The position numbers and the translations under genes were made by a program. From assembly GCA_963760795.1 (NCBI GenBank), contig CAVXEP010000001.1:64001-128000 (forward strand): a stretch of 64,000 bases of DNA, written 5' to 3'. Numbering within the stretch: the first letter of the stretch is position 1; the number at the start of each line of letters is the position of its first letter. The notes below the pieces were generated by a model. The model was given only the letters and a program-made list of their open reading frames with translations. It did not search any database and was not told the DNA's origin. This document shows, one piece after another, positions 1 through 9,422 of this stretch. The DNA comes from an uncultured delta proteobacterium (GTDB taxonomy: Bacteria > Desulfobacterota > Binatia > UBA9968).

Positions 1-369
1 GATGCAAAGGGCCGGTTGGATGGTCGTTTGACAAAGCCGACGGCAGGATAATGTTTTTTTAGCGGCTGAACACGAGATCCATGTCGTCCACCTCGATGCC
101 AAAGTGATCGATGCCGGCGGGGTATCCCGGCCGCGGCGCAAAAACGCGACACCGACGTTGCCATCGCCGGCGATGACCGTTGCGTCGTAGGGCTTGGCGA
201 CTCGTTTGGTCGATAACAGCGGATTGCCGAAACGCTTGGCGAACTCTTCCTCCGATGCCGGCGAGGTATCTGCTCTTGCCCGAGTCAGTCCAAACAGGCA
301 CTCATAAAACCGGCAGAGCCGGGGCGCGTTGTGGCTCATGAACGCCACATGTTTGATCAATGCTTTCAT
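1..369 (-). CDS. VOC (glyoxalase-like) family protein, runs off the left edge, frameshifted
   Basis: ATG at 369 with GGAG upstream reads MKALIKHVAFMSHNAPRLCRFYECLFG...; a shifted frame continues PGYPAGIDHFGIEVDD. Paralogous to 35008..35874. Confidence 0.7.
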   Translation of the reverse strand, partial: MKALIKHVAFMSHNAPRLCRFYECLFGLTRARADTSPASEEEFAKRFGNPLLSTKRVAKPYDATVIAGDGNVGVAFLRRGRDTPPASITLASRWTTWISCSAAKKTLSCRRLCQTTIQPALCI

Positions 370-452
370 TTGAAAGCTCCTTTCCGTTGGTTGTTTTCAA
401 TCCGCCGGCGAATTCCGCCGGCACCGCTTAAAATTACAGAACGATAAGCAGT

Positions 453-1481
453 CTATTTCCGGCTATATTCTTTTTGCAACCGGTTAAAGAATCCTTCTCG
501 TTCCAGTTCGTCGATCAGGCTTTCGTCGATCAGCCGGTTCAAATTGACTTCCTCTTTCGGGCGCCCCATCTGCTGCAGAACGATGTCGACAACGCCGCGG
601 AAGCCCTTGCGGCCGACCCTGGGCGGCATGGAAAAAACCTTGTGGTAAAGCTCATAGGTTTCTTCCGCGACCTTTCGATCCACTTTTAAGTGGCTGCTAA
701 TGACCGGCAGGATTTTTTCCCGCTGGGTGCTGACCTGGTAGATAGATTCGCTCAGCGCCTGCAGGAAACGCTTGACCGTGTCTCGTTCCTTTTCAAGAAA
801 CGACCGGCGCACCACGATCAGTCTGTCGGGGAATTCCGGCACGATCTCGGCCAAGTCGCCTAAAATAGTCAGACCTTTCTGGGCTGCAAGAAGCGCATGG
901 TCGTAAGAAATGACGGTGGCATCCATGCCCCGTGCCTCCACCATGGTTGTCAGTCGCGACGCGCTGCCGCCGGCAGGAATGATATTGACCGCTTCGCGTG
1001 GAATGCCCCATTCTCGAAGCGCGAGCAGAACGCCGAATTCGTTCGATCCGCCGAAATTGGCGATACCGATCTTCTTGCCGCGAAGATCCTCTGGCTTAGT
1101 GATGGTTTTTTGCGCGATGAACTTAAGCAAATTTTTGTTCAAGAAACCGGCGACGATGACTGCGTCTCCTCCCGCGAGGGCGGTCCTGATGGGAAGCATG
1201 GCCGCCATATTCGCAGAATGAGTGCTGCCGCCAATCAGCGCTTGCATGCCGCGGGCGCCGCCGAGGATCAGCACGCCTTCGACATCCAACTGATATTTGC
1301 GGAATGTTCCCAGATCCCGACCGGCCCACAGAGGAATCTGTGGGCCGCCGACACCGGCGCTGCTATGAAGGTGTCGTTGTTGTGCGCCAAGAGAAAAAAG
1401 CGGCAGAACAACAAACCAAAGAACAAATAAGGCTGTGGTTAGGGGTCGCATCCGATCTGTTAATTTCGCCCTGATCGGCAT
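453..1481 (-). CDS. SsuA/THI5(NMT1)-like ABC substrate-binding protein
   Basis: Signal-like N-terminus; DLRGKKIGIANFGGS motif; typical C-terminal VKRFLQAL segment. Confidence 0.85.
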   Translation of the reverse strand: MPIRAKLTDRMRPLTTALFVLWFVVLPLFSLGAQQRHLHSSAGVGGPQIPLWAGRDLGTFRKYQLDVEGVLILGGARGMQALIGGSTHSANMAAMLPIRTALAGGDAVIVAGFLNKNLLKFIAQKTITKPEDLRGKKIGIANFGGSNEFGVLLALREWGIPREAVNIIPAGGSASRLTTMVEARGMDATVISYDHALLAAQKGLTILGDLAEIVPEFPDRLIVVRRSFLEKERDTVKRFLQALSESIYQVSTQREKILPVISSHLKVDRKVAEETYELYHKVFSMPPRVGRKGFRGVVDIVLQQMGRPKEEVNLNRLIDESLIDELEREGFFNRLQKEYSRK

Positions 1482-1493
1482 GGCCGATTGAAC

Positions 1494-2486
1494 CTATTTC
1501 AATGTCTCACCGACCTTGCGGGCAATGCTAAAGTCGAACACTTGCGCCGGCAGCACCGGTTGCTTGGGCTTAATTTGCGCCGCCGCATCGGCAATCATTT
1601 GGCGTTGAATCTCTTCGCCGACGATGCCGTTTTCCAAGAGCGCCGGAGCGGCGATGTCATAGGTGCGCGCCGCGATCTTTTCAGGGTCCTTGCCAATGTC
1701 CAACCACGGACCTTTGAGGAATTCGATGCCATACTTCCGATCGGATTTGAAGAGCCGAGTCGCTCGCAACATGGCGCGCACGACTTTGGTCACCAACTCG
1801 GGTTGCTCCGTGAGCATGGCTGTGGTGGTCGCAAGACCGCCTTGCACCGTTTGATAAACGTCGCCGGCGGCGACCAGCTTGCGGAAGCCTTCGTCCTGGG
1901 CGGTAAAGGTTAACGGCATTTGCAGCGGCGCGGCATCAATGACTTTGGCTTTTAGCGACAAATAAGTAACGTGGCTGGGACCCGTTGCCAGGATGGCAAC
2001 CTCCTCCGGGCGGACGTTATTCGCCATAAGAATCCGGCGCGTGAGGATTTCCGCCAGAGAACCGACGCCGCCGGTGCCGATTTTTTTGCCGCGCAGTTGT
2101 TGCACGCTGGTAATATTGGGCTGGACGATAAGATCGAATGACGGCCGGTCGGTTACGGCCAATATCACTTTGATGTCGGCGCCTCTCACAGCGGCGCTGA
2201 CCGCCGATCCGGTTGCCGAGGCGAATTGCGTGCTATTCCCCAACGTTGCTTGAATGGTTTGGATCGCCTGCATGACGATCAGCTCAACATCCAAACCTTC
2301 TTCGCGGAAGAAGCCGCGTTCCTTGGCGACGAAGAAAGGCATGGAAGTCGTGCTTCGCGCGGCCAAGCCCATGCGGATGCGGGTAAGCTTCTCGGTGCCA
2401 TCGGCTGAATGAGCCACGCTGGCCATAGAGCAGAGGAATGTAAGGGAGACTAGAGAAAGAGTGACGAATCGTCTTAGCGTCGTCAT
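1494..2486 (-). CDS. SsuA/THI5(NMT1)-like ABC substrate-binding protein
   Basis: Signal peptide; VAKERGFFREEGLDVELI and QLRGKKIG motifs. Confidence 0.88.
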   Translation of the reverse strand: MTTLRRFVTLSLVSLTFLCSMASVAHSADGTEKLTRIRMGLAARSTTSMPFFVAKERGFFREEGLDVELIVMQAIQTIQATLGNSTQFASATGSAVSAAVRGADIKVILAVTDRPSFDLIVQPNITSVQQLRGKKIGTGGVGSLAEILTRRILMANNVRPEEVAILATGPSHVTYLSLKAKVIDAAPLQMPLTFTAQDEGFRKLVAAGDVYQTVQGGLATTTAMLTEQPELVTKVVRAMLRATRLFKSDRKYGIEFLKGPWLDIGKDPEKIAARTYDIAAPALLENGIVGEEIQRQMIADAAAQIKPKQPVLPAQVFDFSIARKVGETLK

Positions 2487-2615
2487 CGCGTTCTTCTTTC
2501 GCTTACGTCGATCCCTTCAGCCCAATGGCTTCCGATCGACGAATCGGCAAATTCCGCGCTCTGCCAATGGCCGGGTTGCCCCGGCGCACTTCTCAGATGA
2601 CGCTTGGCAATGCGA

Positions 2616-3233
2616 CTAGCCATCCGAGCTATGCGCCGCCGGTTCCTTCAAGACATGCTCGATCAGCCGCTGCAATTCCTCATAGGGCTGGGCGCCGACC
2701 ATTAGATATTTGCCGGCCAGAAACGTCGGCACGCCGTTGACGCCGAAGGCGGCGCAGCGTTTCCAGTCCGCATCGACGGCGTCTTTGTATTTGCGGCTGA
2801 GCAAGACGTCGGTGGCTTCGTCTTTCGGCAAGTCGTTCTGCTCGGCGATTTGCGCCAGCACGTCGACCTTGCCGATGTTTTTCACGTCGACGAAGTAGGC
2901 GCGGAACAGCGCGTTGACGACTTCCTCGGCTTTGCCTTTGGTTGCCGCCCAGGTGGCGAGTTCTTGAGCGAGGCGGCTGTTGAAGGACATGTTGCGTTCG
3001 GCGTTGAACGGCAAGCCTTCGCGCTCCATGTTTACTTTCATCCGGCCGTTGCGCGCGATGATCTCGGGGCCGCGCACGCTGCCTTCTTCCGGCGTCTCAG
3101 GGTGAAGCGGAAAGTTGGTGAATTTGATGCCTAGACCGTATTCGTTCTTGAGTTTCTCGACACGCCCGGTGACGAGGTAGCACCAGGGTCAAACGAAGTC
3201 GGAAAAGATTTCTAATACTAATGGTTCAGCCAT
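2616..3233 (-). CDS. DsbA/FrnE-like thioredoxin-fold selenoprotein (UxxC), 205 aa
   Basis: GGAGGT RBS, ATG 3233, MAEPLVLEIFSDFV-TGA(3189-3191)-PWCY continuing in frame into the track ORF 2616..3077 (FPLHP, GVPTF, GAQP). The TGA occupies the first Cys of the CPWC motif. Confidence 0.9.
3156..3176 (-). promoter_or_regulatory. Candidate bacterial SECIS hairpin of the DsbA-like gene
   Basis: mRNA CUCG-U-CAC-CGGGC-GUG-U-CGAG begins 12 nt after the UGA; G-rich loop. Confidence 0.7.
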
Positions 3234-3252
3234 AATTACCTCCGTTAAAATC

Positions 3253-3282
3253 GTTCAAAAGTTCAAGGTTCAAGGGTTCAAG
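3253..3282. repeat. GTTCAA short tandem repeat (4 copies)
   Basis: gttcaaaa gttcaag gttcaagg gttcaag in the divergent intergenic region. Confidence 0.7.
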
Positions 3283-3372
3283 CGGATTCTATGGTTGTTG
3301 ATTGGCGGAAGTCAAAGACTTTCTCGCCGGTTAATTTGACATTGTTGCGCTGGCTCGGATAGTTTCAAAGCG

Positions 3373-4167
3373 ATGCCATTCTTGCAAATCGCTGACTCTG
3401 TTCATCACTATCAAGCCCACGGGCCGAAAGAGCAGCCCGCGGTGGTTTTCTCCAACTCGCTCGGCAGCGACCTGCGCATCTGGGACGGCGTGGCGGCGCG
3501 CTTGTTGCCGCATTGCCACGTGGTTCGTTACGACTTGCGCGGCCATGGCTTGTCGGAAGCTCCTACGCCACCGTATTCGGCAGTGGATTTGGCGGGCGAC
3601 GTAGTCGCATTGCTCGATGGGTTGGAAATTCGTGACGCAGTGGTGTGCGGCGTGTCGGTTGGCGGTGTGATCGCTCAGGCGGTGGCGCTAAATCATCCCG
3701 AGCGCGTGCGCGCGCTGGTGCTATCCGATACCGGTGCGCGCATTGGCAGCGCAGAGGCTTGGCAGCAGCGTATCGACAAGGTGCGCGCCGATGGCGTCGA
3801 CTCTTTAGTGCAGATGACCATGGATCGTTGGTTTTCCGCCGGCTTCCGCGAAAAATGGCCGGCCGATATTCGCGGCTATTCTCTAATGTTGCGGCAATCT
3901 TCGGCGGACGGCTACATAGGAACTTGCGCTGCGCTGCGGGATGCGGATTTTCGCTCGACGGTGGTGCAGATCAAGCAGCCGACTCTGGTTCTCTGCGGCG
4001 CCGAAGATATTGCCACGCCGCCGGAACTTGGCCGAGAGTTGGCGAGTCTGATCCCAGGAGCGCAGTTTTCTCTGATTGAAAAGGCGGCTCATCTGCCCTG
4101 CGTCGAACAGCCGGATGCGGTTGCCGAGCGCATCATGCAATTTCTTCAGGAGGTGGACATTGTCTGA
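3373..4167 (+). CDS. pcaD: 3-oxoadipate enol-lactonase
   Basis: SNSLGSD, RYDLRGHG, GVSVGG nucleophile elbow, AAHLPCVE; pca context. Confidence 0.92.
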   Translation: MPFLQIADSVHHYQAHGPKEQPAVVFSNSLGSDLRIWDGVAARLLPHCHVVRYDLRGHGLSEAPTPPYSAVDLAGDVVALLDGLEIRDAVVCGVSVGGVIAQAVALNHPERVRALVLSDTGARIGSAEAWQQRIDKVRADGVDSLVQMTMDRWFSAGFREKWPADIRGYSLMLRQSSADGYIGTCAALRDADFRSTVVQIKQPTLVLCGAEDIATPPELGRELASLIPGAQFSLIEKAAHLPCVEQPDAVAERIMQFLQEVDIV

Positions 4168-4546
4168 CGAGCTATTCGACAAAGGTATGGCCGTGCGCAA
4201 AGCGGTGTTGGGTGAAGAATACGTCGCGCGCGCGGAGGCGAATAAGACCGACTTCGACGCCGATTGGCAACGCTACGTCACCGAACATGCTTGGGCCGCG
4301 GTATGGACCCGGCCGGGGCTGGAAAAGCGCACGCGCAGCATGCTGACCATTGCCATGCTGGCTTCGTTGGGCAGGCTCGACGAATTGGGCGCGCATATCC
4401 GGGCGACGCGCAACACCGGCGTGACCAAAGAGGAAGTCAAAGAAGTATTGCTGCAAGTCGCCGTCTACGCCGGCGCCCCGGCGGCGAATTCGGCGTTTGC
4501 CATCGCCAAGCGTGTCTACAAAGAAATGGAAATGGAAGGGAAATAA
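4160..4546 (+). CDS. pcaC: 4-carboxymuconolactone decarboxylase
   Basis: TTG start after GGAGG; GMAVRKAVLGEEYV, VWTRPGL, AVYAGAPAAN. Confidence 0.92.
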   Translation: MSDELFDKGMAVRKAVLGEEYVARAEANKTDFDADWQRYVTEHAWAAVWTRPGLEKRTRSMLTIAMLASLGRLDELGAHIRATRNTGVTKEEVKEVLLQVAVYAGAPAANSAFAIAKRVYKEMEMEGK

Positions 4547-4551
4547 GACTA

Positions 4552-4635
4552 TTCACCACGAAGGCCGCGAAGACCACGAAATTCGGAGAAATTATTATCC
4601 GAAACCTTCGTGTCCTTTGTGATCTTCGTGGTGAA
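4552..4635. repeat. Intergenic palindromic element (CACGAAG family)
   Basis: 12-bp terminal inverted repeat TTCACCACGAAG...CTTCGTGGTGAA; relatives at 58661 and 60574. Confidence 0.8.
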
Positions 4636-4661
4636 ATCATTTGTGATCGAGGCAGGCTGTT

Positions 4662-5379
4662 ATGATGAACATCAAACCCTACAATCCACGCGACTGGCGC
4701 TCCCATCCGCCTTACAGTTTCAAAGACTATGGTTCGTCGGTTAAACGCGGGCCGCTCAAGAAGTTGGTGCCGCTCAAGCAAACCCTCTCGGAGATTACCG
4801 GGCCGTTGTTCGGTGACATTAAATTGGCGCCGGGCGAGAACGATCTTACGCGCAACGCCGACACCGGCAAAGAAGCGATGGGCGAACGCATCATCGTCGT
4901 CGGCCGGGTGTTGGACGAAGATGACAAGCCGGTGCCCAACACTTTGATCGAAATTTGGCAGGCCAACGCCGCTGGGCGCTATCAACATCCGGTGGATCAA
5001 CACAACGCGCCGCTCGATCCGAACTTTACCGGCGGGGGGCGCTGCGTGACCAATGACAAGGGCGAGTATCGCTACCTGACGATCAAGCCGGGCGCCTATC
5101 CCTGGTTGAATCACAGCAACGCCTGGCGGCCGGCGCATATCCACTTGTCGTTATTCGGGCCAAGCTTCGTAACCCGGCTGGTGACGCAATTTTTCTTTCC
5201 CGGCGATCCGTTGATCCCACTCGATCCGATCTTCAATTCAGTGCCGACCAAGAGCGGCCGGGAGCGGTTGATGGCGAGCTATGCCCATGACGTCACCGAA
5301 CCTGAGTTCGCCTTGGGTTATCGTTTCGACATCGTGCTGCGCGGACGCCAGAGCTACGCCATTCGAGGGACCGCAATGA
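4662..5379 (+). CDS. pcaH: Protocatechuate 3,4-dioxygenase beta subunit (1-nt insertion near the 3' end)
   Basis: EIWQANAAGRY, IKPGAYPW, WRPAHIHLS; removing one base near 5350 restores RGRRATPFEGPQ-TGA overlapping the pcaG ATG. Confidence 0.92.
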
Positions 5380-5948
5380 GCAAGCAAACACCTTCGCAAA
5401 CCGTCGGTCCGTTTTACGCCATCGGCTTGACGCGCCAACCGATGAACGGGATGGCGGTCGATGGGACCCAAGGCGAGCGCATTCGCATCGAAGGGCAGGT
5501 CTTTGACGGCGACGGCGTAGCGATTCCCGATGTCATGGTGGAGCTTTGGCAAGCCAACTCCTACGGCCGCTACAATCACCCGGATGACAAGCAAGAGAAA
5601 CCGCTAGATCCGACGTTTACCGGCTGGGGCCGGTCCGGCACCGACGAAAAATGTTTTTACAGTTTTGAAACCATCAAGCCGGGACCGGTGCCGGGAAGCG
5701 ACGATACAGTCCAAGCGCCGCACGTCAACGTAGTGATTTTTGCCCGCGGCATGTTGGTGCATGCCTATACGCGCATTTACTTTAATGACGAGCCGGCTAA
5801 TGAAAATGATCCTGTGTTGAAATCGATCAAGAATAAGGCGCGGCGTCGGACGTTGATCGCGCAGCGCGGCGAGCGGGATGGTAAGGCCGTCTACCGTTTC
5901 GACATTCGGCTGCAGGGAGGCAACGAGACGGTTTTCTTCGATATGTGA
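5376..5948 (+). CDS. pcaG: Protocatechuate 3,4-dioxygenase alpha subunit
   Basis: QTPSQTVGPF, QAPH, FARGML, FDIRLQG, ETVFFD. Confidence 0.93.
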   Translation: MSKQTPSQTVGPFYAIGLTRQPMNGMAVDGTQGERIRIEGQVFDGDGVAIPDVMVELWQANSYGRYNHPDDKQEKPLDPTFTGWGRSGTDEKCFYSFETIKPGPVPGSDDTVQAPHVNVVIFARGMLVHAYTRIYFNDEPANENDPVLKSIKNKARRRTLIAQRGERDGKAVYRFDIRLQGGNETVFFDM

Positions 5949-5983
5949 GGCACGGATGTTAGCGGTTTTTGCGAGACGAATTA

Positions 5984-6083
5984 CTGTCATTTCGACCGAA
6001 GGGAGAAATCTTTGTCTAGTGCAGTCACTCGAAATCGTTGAGGCAACGGAAGATAGATTCCTCACGTTCGTTCGGAATGACAG
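5984..6083. repeat. REP/MITE-like palindrome (TGTCAT...ATGACA)
   Basis: CTGTCATTTCGACCGAAGGGAGAAATCT ... AGATTCCTCACGTTCGTTCGGAATGACAG; a degenerate relative lies near 28044-28085. Confidence 0.75.
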
Positions 6084-6128
6084 AACAGGACAGTCACTAG
6101 TTTTAGAAATCAGCCCGAACCCACAACC

Positions 6129-7484
6129 ATGACCACGCTGCTCGATTCCACTATTTTCGGCCCGTTGTTCGGTGACGAGGCAATTAACGGCCTCTTCAGC
6201 GATCAAGCCTATGTTCGCGCGCTAGTGGACGTGGAAATTGCCTTGGCCCGCGCCGAGGCGTTTGTCGGAGTCATTCCAGCCACAGCGGCGGAGCAGATCG
6301 CTGCGGTGACAGGCGACAAGATCGATGTTGCCGCGCTTGCCAAGGGAACCCTTCGTTCCGGCTTTCCGATCATCGCTCTGGTGCAGGAGCTGCGAAAGCA
6401 AGTGAGCGCCGACGCGGCGCCATATATTCACTGGGGTGCGACGACACAAGATATTATGGACACGGCCAGCGTGTTGCAGTTGCGCGGGGCGATTCAAATA
6501 TTCGGCAAACGAATCCGCGAGATCACCGGCCACCTGGCTGCGCTGGCCGAAAAGCATCGGTCAACTGTTCTGGCCGGGCGCACTCATAGTCAGCAGGCGT
6601 TGCCGATCACCTTTGGTCTGAAGGCGGCGGCCTGGTTGGCGCCGCTCGTGCGCCATGTTGAACGATTGGCGGAAATCCAATCGCGGTTGCTGGTGGTGCA
6701 GTTCGGCGGTGCGGCGGGAACCTTGGCGGCGCTTGGCGGTAGTGGCTTGGCGGTCATGCAAGCCCTGGCTAACGAGTTGAACCTTGGCACGCCGGCGATG
6801 CCTTGGCATACGCAGCGCGATAGCATCGTCGAGTTCGGCGGCTGGCTCAGTATGGTTAGCGGTTCGCTGGCGAAAATGGCGCAGGATGTCATCCTCATGG
6901 CGCAGACCGAAGTGGCAGAGGTCGGCGAGTCAGCGGAAGAAGGGCGCGGCGGCAGCAGCACCATGCCGCAGAAGTCCAACCCAATCACCAGCGAGTTAAT
7001 CGTCGCCGCGGCGCGCATGAATGCATCTTTGCTTTCGGCGCTGCACAACGCGCAGATTCAGGAACATGAGCGTGGCACTCATGGCTGGCAGGTGGAATGG
7101 TTGACGCTGCCGCAGATGGTCATGCTTACCGGCGGCGCACTTAGGCACGCAGCGTATTTGGCGAAAAATCTACAAGTCGATGCGCCGGCGATGCTTTCGA
7201 ATATCACGCGCGCCAACGACGTGATTCTCGCCGAAGCGGCGGTGTTCGCCTTGGCTAATGCAATGCCACGGGCGCAGGCGGAGGAATTAGTCAAGAAGGC
7301 GTGCGCTGTCGCCGTGTCGGAAAACAAATCGCTCATCGATATCGTCAAGCAGCTTGCCGGCGATTCGGCTCCATCGGTCGACTGGCAGGCGTTGGCGAAA
7401 CCGCATAACTATCTCGGCGAGACCGACAATATTATCGACCGAGTGCTGAAGGATGCAACTAGAAAAGGAGGGCGGGTTTTCTAA
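6129..7484 (+). CDS. pcaB: 3-carboxy-cis,cis-muconate cycloisomerase
   Basis: HWGATTQD and the fumarate-lyase signature GSSTMPQKSNP; pca context. Confidence 0.9.
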   Translation: MTTLLDSTIFGPLFGDEAINGLFSDQAYVRALVDVEIALARAEAFVGVIPATAAEQIAAVTGDKIDVAALAKGTLRSGFPIIALVQELRKQVSADAAPYIHWGATTQDIMDTASVLQLRGAIQIFGKRIREITGHLAALAEKHRSTVLAGRTHSQQALPITFGLKAAAWLAPLVRHVERLAEIQSRLLVVQFGGAAGTLAALGGSGLAVMQALANELNLGTPAMPWHTQRDSIVEFGGWLSMVSGSLAKMAQDVILMAQTEVAEVGESAEEGRGGSSTMPQKSNPITSELIVAAARMNASLLSALHNAQIQEHERGTHGWQVEWLTLPQMVMLTGGALRHAAYLAKNLQVDAPAMLSNITRANDVILAEAAVFALANAMPRAQAEELVKKACAVAVSENKSLIDIVKQLAGDSAPSVDWQALAKPHNYLGETDNIIDRVLKDATRKGGRVF

Positions 7485-7521
7485 CCCGCCGAAGGACGGC
7501 GGACAAGAATGTCCGCCCTCC
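7467..7521. repeat. GGAG-type REP-like element overlapping the pcaB stop
   Basis: GGAGGGCGGGTTTTCTAACCCGCC...GGCGGACAAGAATGTCCGCCCTCC; homologous copy at 47211. Confidence 0.75.
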
Positions 7522-7527
7522 GACGCT

Positions 7528-8460
7528 ATGAACAAACCTCAAAAAGCCGATAAGCTCACTACCATGCGGGAAGCCATCGCTGCCTATGTCGACGACGGCT
7601 GCTCGCTGGCGATCGAAGGATTCACCGGATTCATTTCATTCGCCGCGGGCCATGAGATCATCCGCCAGAAGCGCCAGGGTCTCACTTTGATCCGCATGAC
7701 TCCAGACCTGATCTACGATCAGATGATCGCCGCCGGCACGGCGAAGAAATTAATCTTCAGCTACACGGGCAACCCCGGTGTCGGCTCGCTATACTGCGTC
7801 CGCCGCGCGGTGGAAAAATCTATTCCTGGCCCGCTGGAATGGGAGGAGTATTCGCACTACGGGTTGGTGGGACGATATGCGGCTGGGGCGTCGCGGGCGC
7901 CATTTTTTCCGCTGCGCAGTTATATCGGCTCGGAAATGCTGGAGGTCAATCCGCTGATCAAATTGATCGACGATCCCTACGGCACTGGCAAGATCGCGGT
8001 GGTGCCGCCGCTCAATCCCGACGTGGCGATTCTCCACGCTCAGCGCGCGGACCGGCGCGGCAACACGCAACTGTGGGGCCTGCTGGGCATGCAAAAAGAA
8101 GTGGCGTTTGCCGCCAAGCATGTGATCATCGTGGTGGAAGAAATCGTCGATGAATCCGTGATTCGCGCCGATCCCAACCGCACTTTGATTCCCGGCCTGA
8201 TCGTCGATGCGGTGGTGCACGAGCCCTACGGCGCTCACCCATCCTACGTCCAGGGTTATTACGACCGGGACAACGAGACTTATCTTACCTGGGACAAGCT
8301 TTCTCAGGATCACGGGGCGGTCCTGGCGTGGCTCGACGAATGGGTTTACGGCTTGGAAAATCACGCCGCGTACGTGCGGAAATTGGGTCAAGCTTATTTC
8401 GATAGGCTCAAGCCGGAGCCATTGCTGGCGCCCTCGGTCGACTACGGGAGGTATCGATGA
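7528..8460 (+). CDS. pcaI: 3-oxoadipate CoA-transferase subunit A (GctA/CatI-like)
   Basis: AGHEIIRQ, RMTPDLIYDQ, GNPGVGSL, GAHPSY.QGYYDRD. Confidence 0.85.
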   Translation: MNKPQKADKLTTMREAIAAYVDDGCSLAIEGFTGFISFAAGHEIIRQKRQGLTLIRMTPDLIYDQMIAAGTAKKLIFSYTGNPGVGSLYCVRRAVEKSIPGPLEWEEYSHYGLVGRYAAGASRAPFFPLRSYIGSEMLEVNPLIKLIDDPYGTGKIAVVPPLNPDVAILHAQRADRRGNTQLWGLLGMQKEVAFAAKHVIIVVEEIVDESVIRADPNRTLIPGLIVDAVVHEPYGAHPSYVQGYYDRDNETYLTWDKLSQDHGAVLAWLDEWVYGLENHAAYVRKLGQAYFDRLKPEPLLAPSVDYGRYR

Positions 8461-9224
8461 GCGAAGTCACTTACACCGATTCCGAGATGATGATCGCGGT
8501 GGCGGCGCGCATGTTGAAAGGAGCGCGCACGGTTTTCGTCGGCGTCGGTTTGCCCAATGTCGCCTGCAACCTCGCGCGCTACACGGTCGCGCCTGACTTG
8601 GAGTTGATTTACGAATCCGGTGTCTACGGCGCCCGTCCGGAGCGGCTGCCGCTTTCGATCGGCGATCCCACCTTGGTGAGCGGAGCGACATCGGTGGTCT
8701 CCATGGCGGATCTGTTTGGGTTGTACTTGCAAGGGGGGTTGGTCGAGATCGCGCTCCTCGGCGGCGCCCAGATCGACCGCTACGGCAATCTCAACTCCAC
8801 GGTCATCGGCGACTATGCCAAACCGAAGACGCGACTGCCGGGAAGCGGCGGCGCCTTGGAAATCGCTACCAATGCGCAACGCACGTTCATGATCATGCGT
8901 CTTAAGCGCCGTGCGTTTGTCGGCAAGCTCGATTTTCTCACCAGCCCAGGCCACTTGACCGGTGGTGACAGCCGCGCTCGGTTGGGCTTGCCCGGCGGCG
9001 GGCCGGAAATCGTGATCACCGACAAAGCTGTCTTGAATTTCGCTAACCCGGAGCGCGAAATGCAGCTTAACGCCCTCTATCCAGGCGTGACGGCAGAAGA
9101 CGTGCAGGCCGAGGTCGGCTGGCCGCTGCGTTTAGCCGAGACGATCGAAGAAATCACCGCGCCGACGAGTGAAGAGCTGCATTTGATCCGCGACGAAGTC
9201 GACCCCGACGCTATGTACCGTTGA
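8457..9224 (+). CDS. pcaJ: 3-oxoadipate CoA-transferase subunit B (GctB/CatJ-like)
   Basis: VFVGVGLP, LIYESG catalytic Glu, AQIDRYGNLN, LPGSGGA; ATGA overlap with the upstream gene. Confidence 0.85.
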   Translation: MSEVTYTDSEMMIAVAARMLKGARTVFVGVGLPNVACNLARYTVAPDLELIYESGVYGARPERLPLSIGDPTLVSGATSVVSMADLFGLYLQGGLVEIALLGGAQIDRYGNLNSTVIGDYAKPKTRLPGSGGALEIATNAQRTFMIMRLKRRAFVGKLDFLTSPGHLTGGDSRARLGLPGGGPEIVITDKAVLNFANPEREMQLNALYPGVTAEDVQAEVGWPLRLAETIEEITAPTSEELHLIRDEVDPDAMYR

Positions 9225-9271
9225 ATACGAAAACAGCCACTGGAGCATTTTGCTGATTTCACGATCTGCGG

Positions 9272-9395
9272 CGCGGCGATGAAAATATTTCCTCGGAGGA
9301 AGTCGAGCGCGTGCTCAATTCTCATCCGCAGGTCGCCGAGTCGGCGGTGATCGCCGTGTCTGATTCGCGGCGAGGAAGTGAAAGCGTACATCCTC
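9272..9395 (+). pseudogene. Remnant of an acyl-CoA synthetase C-terminal domain
   Basis: Reads RGDENISSEEVERVLNSHPQVAESAVIAVSD/RGEEVKAYIL with no start and no upstream gene body. Confidence 0.7.
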
Positions 9396-9422
9396 TTTCT
9401 CGAAAACCAGATTGCAATAACT

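Noticed and set aside
4662-5948. Apparent PcaH-PcaG fusion (428-aa ORF)
   Set aside because: Deleting one base near 5350 restores the usual PcaH ending (RATPFE) and an ATGA stop/start overlap with pcaG; the window is full of such indels.
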